From Paragordius varius (Eukaryota > Animalia > Nematomorpha): 64,000 bases of DNA. Position 1 is the first letter of the stretch, and each line of letters opens with the position of its first letter. Shown here piece by piece: positions 1 to 11,245 of the stretch. Below the pieces are notes generated by a model. That model saw nothing but the letters and a program-made list of their open reading frames with translations. It made no database searches and was not told the DNA's origin. The stretch lies in the NCBI GenBank assembly GCA_964247055.1, contig OZ176053.1, forward strand, positions 7,006,001 to 7,070,000, written 5' to 3'. A program made the translations under genes and the position numbers.

Positions 1-431
1 ATGGTGAGTCAGTTGGGTTTTAAGTTGGTTAAAATGCCGCCACATTTTGACTAACTCCCTGGTTACAAAGGAAAATCGAAAACCGCCAAATATTCTAGTA
101 ATTATAGACAAAAGGATATGGTGAGTCAGTTGGGTTTTAAGTTGGTTAAAATGCCGCCACATTTTGACTAACTCCCTGGTTACAAAGGAAAATCGAAAAC
201 CGCCAAATATTCTAGTAATTATAGTCAAAAAGATATGGTGAGTCAGTTGGGTTTTAAGTTGGTTAAAATGCCGCCACATTTTGACTAACTCCCTGGTTAC
301 AAAGGAAAATCGAAAACCGCCAAATATTCTAGTAATTATAGACAAAAAGATATGGTGATTCAGTTGGGTTTTAAGTTGGTTAAAATGCCGCCACATTTTG
401 ACTAACTCCCTGGTTACAAAGGAAAATCGAA
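1..431. repeat. 117-bp tandem satellite array 1 (3 full units plus a partial unit; runs off the window start)
   Basis: Units start at 1, 118, 235 and 352 (ATGGTGAGTCAGTTGGG...), period exactly 117. It ends at ...AAATCGAAA, followed by the AGAGAAATGC flank shared by all three arrays. Confidence 0.97.
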
Positions 432-1045
432 AAGAGAAATGCAATTAAACAGCCAAATATGGAGCTATCCATAACAGAAAAATCCGAATTACCGCCAAAT
501 TTGGATAATTCAGTAGTTACACAAAAAGAATAACTTCAGAAAAATTACAATTTAATTTATTGCAGATACTCTCCCCTTAACAATCTATAGATCAAATTAT
601 AAATAAATGAAGATCATATTTTACTTACTAATTTAACAAGTGTAGAACGTTTCACTTTATTAAATACGTTAAATATTTTGTAGCAAAATAAAAATAATTG
701 TGTATATAAGAGGGTCAAAAATTAGATCAATTTTTCGTGGACACAAACGCAGGTACACTTACAAAACACTTAATAATACACCTAGTTAATATGTTAATTG
801 TATTTCAAGAAAAATAGAATTCAAGTATTGTGTTACACAAACATGTATAGGAAGAAATTTCTCTAGACGGCCTTAATTAAAAAAAAAATTTGGCCGATAT
901 GTTTTATATATAGAGCGAATTTTAGCTTCAAAAGACATGACGACAAGCGATAACAATTGCACGACGTTATTTCTCGCTTAGGCAGGAATGTCGGTCAAAA
1001 AAGAACTTCTTTTTTCAAATTCGCGCGACAATATCATCTGACCCG

Positions 1046-1438
1046 CAGGGGCGTACCGATGGGGGGGCAAGGGGGTGCATCATGCCCCGGGCGCCGTTAT
1101 TTAGGGGCGCCTAAATGATTTTTTAAAATTAAATTGTAATTTTGCAAAAAAATAAGAACTTTTAAATGAGATTTTTCAGCAATTTATGTAATAATCCCTA
1201 TAATATATACTCTATTATTCACCTAATTAGTACCATTGAATAAATTTAGTATCATATAAATATATATATTTAATAGATTTAAAATATATATGATTGTGCT
1301 GTCTTATCTATGGTGTTTAGGTTACAACGTTTGTATTTTTTTTACTAAATTGTTTTATTGGCTTTTAAAAATAAGGGGGAGGGGGGGCGCCATAAATGTT
1401 TTATGCCCCGGGCGCCGCAAATGCTCGGTACGCCACTG
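1046..1438. mobile_element. hAT-family MITE, 393 bp
   Basis: TIRs CAGGGGCGTACCGA / TCGGTACGCCACTG match 13/14. The 8-bp TSD CTGACCCG is at 1038-1045 and 1439-1446. Empty sites occur at ~48360 (a single CTGACCCG) and ~24041 (CTGACCAG). Confidence 0.95.
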
Positions 1439-1977
1439 CTGACCCGATATCATTGAAGCCGGCAGAAAATTTACGAATCGAATGGGACGAATATATCCCA
1501 GGCCAGATTTGATTCGTAAAACTTCATCGATAACAAAATGTAACATTAAATTTTTTTACGAGTCAAACCTACGTAAAATACAACTTCAAGCTTAACGTAG
1601 AGGGAAAAATGCTCGACGCTTTCATTGCAGGCATGGGAGTCAAAAAATTATTATTAGATTTGTATAGCAGATTCCCCACTCCATGTGGGAAAACGAACCC
1701 TAACCCTAAAACAAGTGAACATTGCTCTCAATTATAAATAGGCACCTCAATTAGCACTAATCGATGGCAACATGTTACGACAACAGCTGGGAAATACCAG
1801 AACAAGTGTCGATTCTGCCGTTTAAGTCATGACTGGAATCACCTCCAACTATACTGTAAGAAAAAAATGATTGCAATGTTTAGAACATCGAATGTGAAGC
1901 CACCCCTAAGATAACATTGATAATTAATTGAAAGCCAATACGCATGATGATGGACACAGTCAAGTGTTTCTTTTTTC

Positions 1978-2656
1978 GTCCCAATTCAACATTAAATTCG
2001 AAATTTCGAAAATTAAATAAGTTTTAGATCCATGTATTTTATATCATTCGAAAGAGCGTGAAAAACTGTATCTTCCAAATGGTAGTAAATTATTTTTAAT
2101 TAATCAGATGTAAAATTTATATGGTCGAAATTTTCAGCCCTGTAAACAAGTCAAAAGTTTTCACAGACAAACTATTAATTTTAATATTATTATTATTATG
2201 GTTATATTAATGTTTGATTAAAAAAAGTCTTTGAAAAAGCTTTTGGTTTGCTTTATTATAAAATTATTATTATCTTAAATATTTTACCTGGTGGATACTA
2301 AAATGCATAGATATAACTGTAAATTTATTGCATAATGGCCATAAAAGATCAAAATACCTTAAACTTGGTTCTTGTTTTTAAAATTTTGAAATTATAAGCT
2401 TTAAGGAAAAATAATTGATGAGATGGTAATTTTTTAAAAAACTAAACACTTAATGGCTGTTTTGAGAATAAAAGCAATAAAAAAATGTTTTAATCATTAA
2501 AACTCTCTTGTGTTTTCTTTTTTTGGACATCATCACCATATATACAAAGTTTGATTTATTTACATCCATTAGTTTTAAAAATATATTAAATAAAAAAACG
2601 CTCTCGTTTCGTGCGTTTGTCGCTCTCTATGCCCAATATTAATAATAGATGTAAAA
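1978..2656 (+). mobile_element. Truncated copy of an unclassified non-autonomous element (fuller copy 28798-29650; third copy 48899-49577)
   Basis: Matches 28798-29590 and stops abruptly at AGATGTAAAA, where a TAATGTGACCAGAT end begins. Confidence 0.5.
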
Positions 2657-5160
2657 TAATGTGACCAGATATTTAGAACCCTGGCGCAGTACAAAATTAA
2701 AACACACTTTGCCTATTTTTTAACCGGATTTTCGGTGTTTTATATTAAATGATATTGTTCGTTATTTATAAGCTCATTAGAAATTAGAATATCCAACAAT
2801 AAATTTATTAAAAATTTAATATAAATGTATGTACATATAATTATAGCATATGTCATATATATGGATATATAATAATACTAGCGTAAATCTCGTGCTGCTA
2901 CGCAGCTCGAGGAAGTGCTTCGGACTGGGGGGCTATTTGAAAAAAGGGACAATAAAATGATCCACATATGTAATGTGACCAGATATTTTGAATTTTGACG
3001 CAGTACAAAATTAAAACATTTACAACATCGGGGTGGTATATTACACAGTCACAAAATATCTCAATGATATATATATATATATATATATATATATTCTGAT
3101 AAGAAAATATCAAAATTATCAAGGTTTTGGTTTTAACCCTTACCAGTTATCAAAGTAAGTTATTTACACTTTTGTGATTAAGTCCGTATATAATTGCCAA
3201 AGGTGCGCATTTTTTCAAATACATATTTTGGTGAAAGCTAAATGCTTTATTTCAAAAGATATCACTAAAAAATATAACACAAACTAAAAGAGCAAAACAA
3301 TATTTTTAATTTATAATTTTTAGATATGGGCTCTGAAAGTCTCATTTTTTTGCCTCTTTTAAAATGGACTGTGCTCTAAAAACGGAAAAATTTCGACATT
3401 ATACAATAATTTCAAATATATTCTAAATTTTGTTATCGAATAAATATGTTTTTTAAAAAATGCATACCTTAAAAATTTAATTTTTAGCAAAATTTTGTTG
3501 AAGCGTTTTTGTTTATGATGGACACGATACAAACGGTTGAGATGCTATACAATTTATATATATAATTCGATAATGCTAATTTTTCTCGTTCAGAATTTTG
3601 ATTAAAATTTTCGCTCGTTTTTAAGTAAAAATTGTGTTTTATAACAAAAATTCACCAAAATTTGCAAGCAAACAAACCTTTAATTTAAAATTCTCAACAT
3701 ACAGTAATTTTCAACATCATTTAACTCTTTAGAGGGTTTTATTATATCCTAAAGCTTTATACCGTTTTCATTCTGCTTCAAAATAGTTTGCGCTTCAATA
3801 AAATATTTCAAATTTGTTTATGAAAAATAAGAAAACTAATAAAAATTAAAGTTAAGGAAAAAAATTTAGAAATATCATACCTCCCATCGCTGATCAAATC
3901 ATGACCCGGTCAATTGACCGGGTCATGATCAGGTCAGTGACTATTTATTTTTTAACCATAGTCATTGAAAAAAACACCTTTTAAAAAAATGCTAGTAAAT
4001 TTTTTTTGGAAGAGAGATAGTAAGATTTTATTGTTTTTAATATATTTTTTAAAACACAAATATTATTTAAATATGCTTATTTCGAAAAACAAAACAATAT
4101 AGCACTTTGCAAAATATGCAATACAATATATGTGAACCAATCAAAAATGAAAAACATCCTATAATTGGTATTTTAATGATGAAAGAAAGTGTAAAACAAA
4201 TTAGGTAAAATTTAAAATATCTAGTATAAAAAATCTATGCATTTGAAGATTCAGAAGGCTACAAACATGTGGCAAAATTTATTTGAAAACAATTTCTTGA
4301 TCAAATTCGATCGAAAATATGTGTAAATAATAAATATCAAAAAAATGTATACAAACTTTAAAGAAAAAACATGACATTATTAATGTAACGCAAGTGTAAT
4401 TTAAACTTATTTTGACAATCCAATATCGCATGATACTTATTTAAGTACAATTGGTCATGACCATGGTCTGACTGGGTCTGACCGGATTTTTTGAAAAAGT
4501 AATCAAGCACAACCCTACTCCCACCTAATGAGTAAAGACGTAAAAACAAACAATTTTTAAATACGAAAAAACGTTTATTTCGTTATCATATGCCATATAT
4601 AATGAATTTTATATAATATGTTACGGGAATAACAATTTTCTACATAATTTCCCGTTTGATTAATATAACAAAAAAATGAAATTTTTAAACGTGCTCAAAC
4701 ATTTATTAAAATATCATGAATTAATTTTGTTAACTCACTCTAAATTTGGAGGCACCTCTTTTTGCGTAAGCCCTGAATAAAAGAGCCATTAGCCTGAATC
4801 TTACGATTCGAGATTTATAGTTTTGCCACTGCTGCCTTTATAAGCGGTTTGACGCATTCAATCCAATTTTATGTATAATACGAGTGGAAAATAAAATATT
4901 AACCAATTAAAAATAGGCCAATCTTAGTTTTTTACCGCAAAATGAACCATTTCTTTACAATTTATGTGGTTATTTTTACAGAGGGTACTATATTAAATTC
5001 TAAAATACTTTTATTGAATAAATAAAAGGTAAATTATATATTTATATAAAATTTATTTTTTTAATTTAAAAAAGCAGTACAAAAGTGGGCGCAGTACAGG
5101 CGCAGTTTTTTTCTGAAAACCCAGTACTGTACTGCGAAAAACAGCCTATCTGGTCACATT
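2657..5160. mobile_element. Putative non-autonomous DNA transposon with AATGTGACCAGATA termini (two left ends, at 2657 and 2971) and GCAGTAC subterminal repeats
   Basis: AATGTGACCAGATA at 2658 and 2972; its inverse TATCTGGTCACATT at 5147-5160. GCAGTAC motifs lie inside both ends. Copies at 34794-36910 and 49578-52053, and an inverted right end at 43997. No TSD found. Confidence 0.5.
3889..4500. mobile_element. Dispersed ~600-650 bp repeat with GGTCA/TGACC-rich ends (MITE-like)
   Basis: Homologous copies at 27583-28240 (different left flank), 35671-36270 and 50814-51400, and a partial inverted copy at ~44630-44745. Both ends are packed with GGTCA/TGACC palindromes. Confidence 0.55.
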
Positions 5161-6244
5161 TTGTATTATTTTTCAATTTTTCCATTGCACACATGTCACG
5201 CTGACTAAATTTTTAACTTTAGGTTTTAGTTAAAAGTAAATATTATCAAGTATTTTTGAATAAAATTTTTAATATATTTCTGTTAATTAATGTAATATAA
5301 AAGTAAAATTTTGCCATCGTTTCAATTCCCTCCATATTTTTTAAAGTATTTAATTTTATACAGACCCGGGGTATCCAACTACCCCAATTTAAATCGAAGG
5401 GCTAAAATGAATGTCTTGTATCCAAGTGTTAAAAAAGGATCTGTAGCTAGCCAAATGAATAGTAATAGTAAGAACGTATGTGGTAATTGGCCAGAAATCA
5501 AATCTCCTGGGAATTATACATATCGAAATAAAAGGTCAACGAAACATTTTGGCTAGTTTTATTAGAAGCGTTCTCAAAACGGTGTGAGGTTGTGTTCACA
5601 AAGTTATATCCTCAACTGTTTAATATATAAATTTTTTTGGTTTGGTGTAGACGGCTTATTTCTTTAATTTCTGAAACAGATCATCGTCAGAGTTCAAAAA
5701 CTATTGATTGAAACTCCATATTAAACATTTCTCACCTCTTTACCACCCTCAAACTAAAGTGTCAGTAAAACGACGATTCGGACGATAAAGATAAAATATG
5801 ACGCGAAAAAAGCAAAATCGTTCAGACTTGGCGATGCTAAATTTATCGGACTATTGCTAGATGTGTCTTTGTTGATCAAAAAACAGAAATATTTTTTGAA
5901 CTAGAAAGCCAGCGGAATACTGAAGGGATCAGTAGATTTTAAAGATTCATCCGAAGTAACTTATTATTCGGAATGTAAAGACCAAAGGTTGGCGAAAAGA
6001 CGTAGTTGCTCGCCCAATATCGCCCACATGGTCGCTGTTTTTGATGGTCGAGTTAATTTTCCCAAAAAAATGCTAAGCTGTACGCCAAAATTTGGAAGGG
6101 AGATGTTAGGAGAATTTTGTTTAGTTATAAATATTAATTCTATATTTAATAGAATATACATTCTAATCGCTATATATGTATTATTGTATTGTATTTATAA
6201 CTATTCTGATTTAATAAATAGCTTAAATGTAAACAACTATTTTA

Positions 6245-6720
6245 AATATGGTAACAGCATCCGATAAAGAAACTATATCTTTAAAGCGGGTAAAACGGTT
6301 TTCCTTGTTAAATAATGGTGAAAGAAAAATCAATCTCGAATACTGTGCTAGAGAAGGCATTTGATTTTTCTCCAAATATAATAACAACAGCCGATAATGA
6401 GTGCTGAGAATCGGTTAAAACAATCTTTTTTTATAGTAATAGAGCGGTACTTATCATTTACGCGACCATGTCTCATAACACATTTGATAATCACATTCAT
6501 ACTGCAATACTATATTCCGAAACCACTGAAATTTAAAAAATTGATACCGGGTATTATAAGAAAATAAATCAATTGGCCTCCTATAGATGTTGAAGAATTT
6601 TTTTAAGAAGAAACCGAATGAATACCCCGAATGGTCAAAGCTTCAACACATGACGCTCTCAAATTTTACGTTCACGCTCAAAACTACGATCCAAAAAACT
6701 TACTTCCAAATTCACCGTAA
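6245..6720 (+). pseudogene. Pseudogenised 3' part of the lysine-rich/WPPIDVE gene family (variant a)
   Basis: Translates KPLKFKKLIPGIIRK*INWPPIDVEEFF with frameshifts and ends AATTCACCGTAA (NSP*). DNA homology to roughly 20300-20826 is visible. Confidence 0.85.
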
Positions 6721-7191
6721 GAGTTTTTTAACACAGTTCTAGATATATATATACATTTTAATAAATTAAATTTTATTATCGCCCTAAATCAGAAAATTTT
6801 GTTGGATATAATCCTGCAAATAAACCCAATTTAAATAATTAAATTTATTCATTAATGAGATTTTATGAATCCTTTGTTTCAGACATTTGAGTTTATTTTT
6901 ATGTATGAGTCAATACCTTCTTCAAATTAAGGGTACAGATATATTTATAACTATTATTCGTTTATAAATTGTAAAAAATTTATTTATTTTATTATATTTT
7001 GCCTTAAAAATTATATCAATTGAAAATCTTATACCATTTAATATGGTTGTGCGAAAAACATATTTGTGAAAATTTTGACTGACTATCTTTATAACGACAC
7101 TAAAGAATCATAATATAAATGAATATAGTTCTGCAATACAATTCGCCTAATCATCTTTGTAATTTATTGTTAAGATTTGGTAATATATATA

Positions 7192-7724
7192 TGCACTTCA
7201 TAGAGTATCCTTGAACACTTCAGGTTAGTCCTTGATCATTTGTTTGATCCTTAAAATTTTAAATTTAGATTTAATCATAATGTTTAGATGATTTTTTTTG
7301 ATTATTTTTTAACCGAATTTACTTTTATCACATATTTCTTCATTTTAAAATTAAATTGTTCATTCAAAAACCAAATATATTTGTTTTAACTTAAATTTTT
7401 TCAATTCAAAAAATATTAATTTATAAATCATGAAAATATGTAATTAATGGCCCAGAAAACCTATATAATTTATAATTACGTATTAAATATTTATGGATAA
7501 AATATTTTTAAATTGATAAGATAGATTGTTTCTGCATGATTAAAGTTGATATTGATTAGATGTTGAATTAAGATAATAGATTAAAAATCATAAAATAGAT
7601 GAATGATAAAACTTTGATTGATAAAGTTAAAAATTTACAAAAAGTTAAAGGACCAACTTGAAGTGTTCAAGGACCAACTTAAAATGTTTAAAGAGTAACT
7701 TGAAGATACTCTTGAAGTGCAAAT
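7192..7724. mobile_element. TA-flanked MITE with TIRs built of ~21-bp subrepeats
   Basis: Left end GCACTTCATAGAGTATCCTTGAACACTTCAGGTTAGTCCTTG is the inverse of the right end ...GGACCAACTTGAAGTGTTCAAGG...GATACTCTTGAAGTGCAAAT. (TA)n lies on both sides. Confidence 0.65.

Positions 7725-7726
<2 letters not shown>

Positions 7727-7788
<62 letters not shown>
7727..7788. repeat. (TA)31 microsatellite
   Basis: Uninterrupted TA run; only about (TA)8 at the paralogous site 54660-54675. Confidence 0.98.
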
Positions 7789-7792
<4 letters not shown>

Positions 7793-8459
7793 TTTAGATA
7801 TAACTTTTAGATACCTAAAATCCTAACTAAAACGAACAAAAATAGTATTTTGATATCAAATTGTCAAATAACGCGACAAAGATATATTTTCCATAAATTA
7901 ATATTAATAAATAATTAAACGCATATTAAAGATTCAAAAAGCAGCCTTGTGACAATGTACAGCGTGGAGAAAAAGGTATCCTACGCAAACCAAATTTTAC
8001 TGTGGAAAAGGGTCAGTTACTTTAATAATTAAAATACAAAAGAATATTTGGCTCATTAATCGAACAGTCGTATTCGCGGAAAAGGTCAAAATTGGATTTG
8101 CGCTTTTCCCATTCCGTTTCTATTTGCGCGCTCTAAATTTGTTGAATTTATATAAAACGAACGACACTAAAAGTTAAAAAAGAGCCGTTGTCTGTTATAG
8201 GGTTAATATAATATATTCCCACACCTACCAACCCTTTATAAATTCGTTGTACAATATATGCGACAATAAAAATAAGCCTATACGTTTTTCAATTGTTTTA
8301 AAGTAATTTTAATGAAAAATTTTATAAGTTAAATTATGTATATATAGATCAATCAAGATATAAATCAATCAATTAATCTACATCGCTAGTTGCAAAATAT
8401 TATCTTTTTATATTTATAGCTAATTGTATTTTTTTATAAGTGGACAGTCTTCAATAATT

Positions 8460-8660
8460 TGGTAATTTCTCTGAGACCATTGAACTAAGCAACTTATCTG
8501 GTGGGTCATTTTGATTTCTCTGTAACTGGACACATACCTAGCGGTTTATTTAGCTTAATACCTATAAAACAGGTAACATATCTGGTGGTTCACATAATTT
8601 CTCAGTAGTTATATAATTGGGCCATTCACCTGACGGTTTATTGTGATTTCTCTGTAATTA
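8460..8660 (+). repeat. Degenerate ~50-bp minisatellite (consensus ~CATTGAACTAGGCAACATATCTGGCGGTTTATTTTGATTTCTCTGTAAC)
   Basis: Recurrent CATATCTGG(C/T)GG and GATTTCTCTGTAA motifs. Also at 14330-14750, at 15340-15860 and 39410-39610 (both minus), at 55340-55545, 61205-61660, and at 62260-62780 (minus). Confidence 0.75.
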
Positions 8661-8720
8661 TCAAATTAGGGTTAGGGTTTTTGTAATCAAAGGGTTATAT
8701 CAACGTTTATATATAAATAC

Positions 8721-9178
8721 ATTTTGTCTTCAAGAGTATCTTTAAACACTTTAAGTTAGTCCTTAAACATTTAAAGTTAATCCTTAAACATTTCATTGGT
8801 CCTTTAACTCTTTTTCGTTTTAAGTTTTATAAATCAAACTTTGTATCATTCATCCATTTAATGATTTTTAACTTATTCTCTTAATTCAATATAGACGCTA
8901 AATAAATATCAACTTTTAAACAATCTATCTTATTAATTTTTTAAAAAAATATTTTATATATACGTATATATAGGTTTTCTAAGCCATTAATTACAAATTC
9001 CCATGAAACATCTATAAATTAATAATTTTTTTGAATTGAAATTTGAGTTGAAACAAATAAATCTGGTTGTAAGAACAATATCAAAATTATGATCAATAAA
9101 TTTCAAAATTTAAGGACAAATTGAAAATGATCTAGGACTTACCTGAAGTGTGTTCAAGGGCACTCTTGAAGTGCAAAT
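8721..9178. mobile_element. TA-flanked 21-bp-subrepeat MITE copy (inverted relative to 10796-11245)
   Basis: ATTTTGTCTTCAAGAGTATC ... CACTCTTGAAGTGCAAAT termini, followed by (TA)n. Confidence 0.65.
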
Positions 9179-9647
9179 TATATATATATATATATATGTT
9201 ACCAAATCTTAACAATAGTTTACAAAGATGATAATTTTAGGCAGGAAGTAGTAAAGAATTGTATTGCAGAACATGATTCCCCCATGAAATGATTCTTTAG
9301 TGCCGTTTATAAAGATAGCCAGTCAAAATTTTCACATACGAATCAGGCACGTCCATATAGAATGGATAATTTTAAAATTGATATAATTTTTATGGTGTTT
9401 TTAAAATTAAATATTTTTTTACAACTAATCGAATAAGAACTATAGAATTTATTTGTGCCCGTAATTTGAAGAAGGTGTTCATTCATACAATAAAATAAAC
9501 TCAATCTGAAAGCTATGATCCATAATATCTCTATTCTCTAATGAATAATACTAATTATTTAAATTGAGTTTATTTACAGGATATATTTTCCGACAAAATT
9601 TTCTTATTTAGGGCAAAATTTATCATAAAATATAGATCTGTTAACTC

Positions 9648-9992
9648 TTACGGTGAATTTGGAAGTAAGTTTCGTAATATGTTGATGATTTGAGCATTAG
9701 TCGCATTCATTAAGTTTTTTCTTTAAAAAATTCTTCAACATCTATAGGAGGCCAATTGATTTATTTTCTTATAATTCACGGTATCAATTTTTTAAATTTC
9801 AGTGGTTTCGGAATATAGTGTTGCCAGTATGAATCTGATTTGAGATGTTGTAGGAGGCATGGTCGCATAAAGGATAAGTACCGCTGTATTACTATTAAAA
9901 AAGATTGTTTAAACCGATTCTTATCACTCATTATCGGCTGTTGTTATCATATTTGGAGCAAAATTAAATGCCTTCTGTAACACAGTATTCGA
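9648..9992 (-). pseudogene. Pseudogenised WPPIDVE-family 3' fragment (variant b), inverted
   Basis: The reverse complement reads ...AATTGGCCTCCTATAGATGTTGAAGAATTT...AATTCACCGTAAGAG and contains in-frame stops. Confidence 0.85.
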
Positions 9993-10106
9993 AAAAATTT
10001 CAGGAGTTAAATTATGTATATATAGATCAATCAAGATATACATCAGTCAATTAATCTACATCGCTAGTAAAAAAATTTTCAATAAAAAACTGAATGAATG
10101 CGCCGA

Positions 10107-10335
10107 TGCGACCATGCCTCCTACAACATCTGAAATCAGATTCACTGGCAACACGATAGGACTCAAATATTTCAAAACCAATGAAATTTAAGATGTGGAT
10201 ACCGGATATTATAAGAAAAAAAATCAATTGGCCTTTTATAGATGTTAAAGAATTTTTTTAAGAAAAAACTGAATGAATCCGCCTAATGCTCAAAGCATCA
10301 ATATATTACGAAACTTACTTCCAAATTCACCGTAA
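10107..10335 (+). pseudogene. Pseudogenised WPPIDVE-family 3' fragment (variant b)
   Basis: WIPDIIRKKINWPFIDVKEFF*, then AATTCACCGTAA. Confidence 0.85.
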
Positions 10336-10795
10336 GAGTTAACAGATCTATATTTTATGATATATTTATTGCCCTAAATGAGAAAATTTTGTCGGAAAAT
10401 ATATCCTGTAAATAAACTCAATTTAAATAATTAGTATTATTCATTAGAGAATAGAGATATTATGTATCTTAGCTTTCAGACTTTGAGTTTATTTTATTGT
10501 ATGAGTGGACACCTTCTTCAAATTACAAAGGGCACAAATAAATTCTATAGTTATTATTCGATTAATTGTATATTTAATTTTAAAAAGACCTTAAAAATTA
10601 TATCAATTTTAAAATTATCCATTCAATATGGACGTGCCTGATTCGTATGTGAAAATTTTGACTGGCTATCTTTATAAACGGCACTAAAGAATCAATAGGG
10701 GAATCATGTTCTGCAATACAATACTTTACTACTTCCTGCCTAAAATTATCATCTTTGTAAACTATTGTTAAGATTTGGTAATATATATATATATT

Positions 10796-11245
10796 ATTTG
10801 CCCTTCAAGAGTGCCCTTGAACACACTTCAGGTAAGTCCTTGATCATTTCCAGTTGGTCCTTAGATTTTAAATTTTATTGATCATAATTTTGTTATTGTT
10901 CTTTAAACCAGATTTATTTGTTTCAACTCAAATTTTTCCAATTCAACAAAATTATTAATTTATAGGTGTTTCATGGAAATTTGTAATTAATGGCTTAGAA
11001 AACCTATATAATTATTACGTATATATAAAATATTTTTTTAAACAATTAATAAGATTTGATATTTATTTAGCGTCTATATTGAATTAGGAGAATAGGTTAA
11101 AAATCATTAAATGGATGAATGATACAAAGTTTGATTTATAAAACTTAAAACAAAAAAGAGTTAGGACCAATGAAATGTTTAAGGATTAACTTTAAATGTT
11201 CAAGGACTAACTTGAAGTGTTTAAAGATACTCTTGAAGACAAAAT
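10796..11245. mobile_element. TA-flanked 21-bp-subrepeat MITE copy
   Basis: ATTTGCCCTTCAAGAGTG ... GATACTCTTGAAGACAAAAT termini. Further copies at 38882-39343, 54146-54657, 55606-56060 and 57678-58127, and a partial copy at 40090-40310. Confidence 0.65.

Noticed and set aside
1697-1710. CCCTAACCCTAA as an interstitial telomere (also ~24300 and ~48619)
   Set aside because: Only two units, all copies of one site, and no junction evidence.
7640-7725. Heptad coiled-coil coding (KDQLEVF KDQLKMF)
   Set aside because: The 21-bp units are mirrored at the other end of the element and contain stops, so they are better explained as TIR subrepeats.
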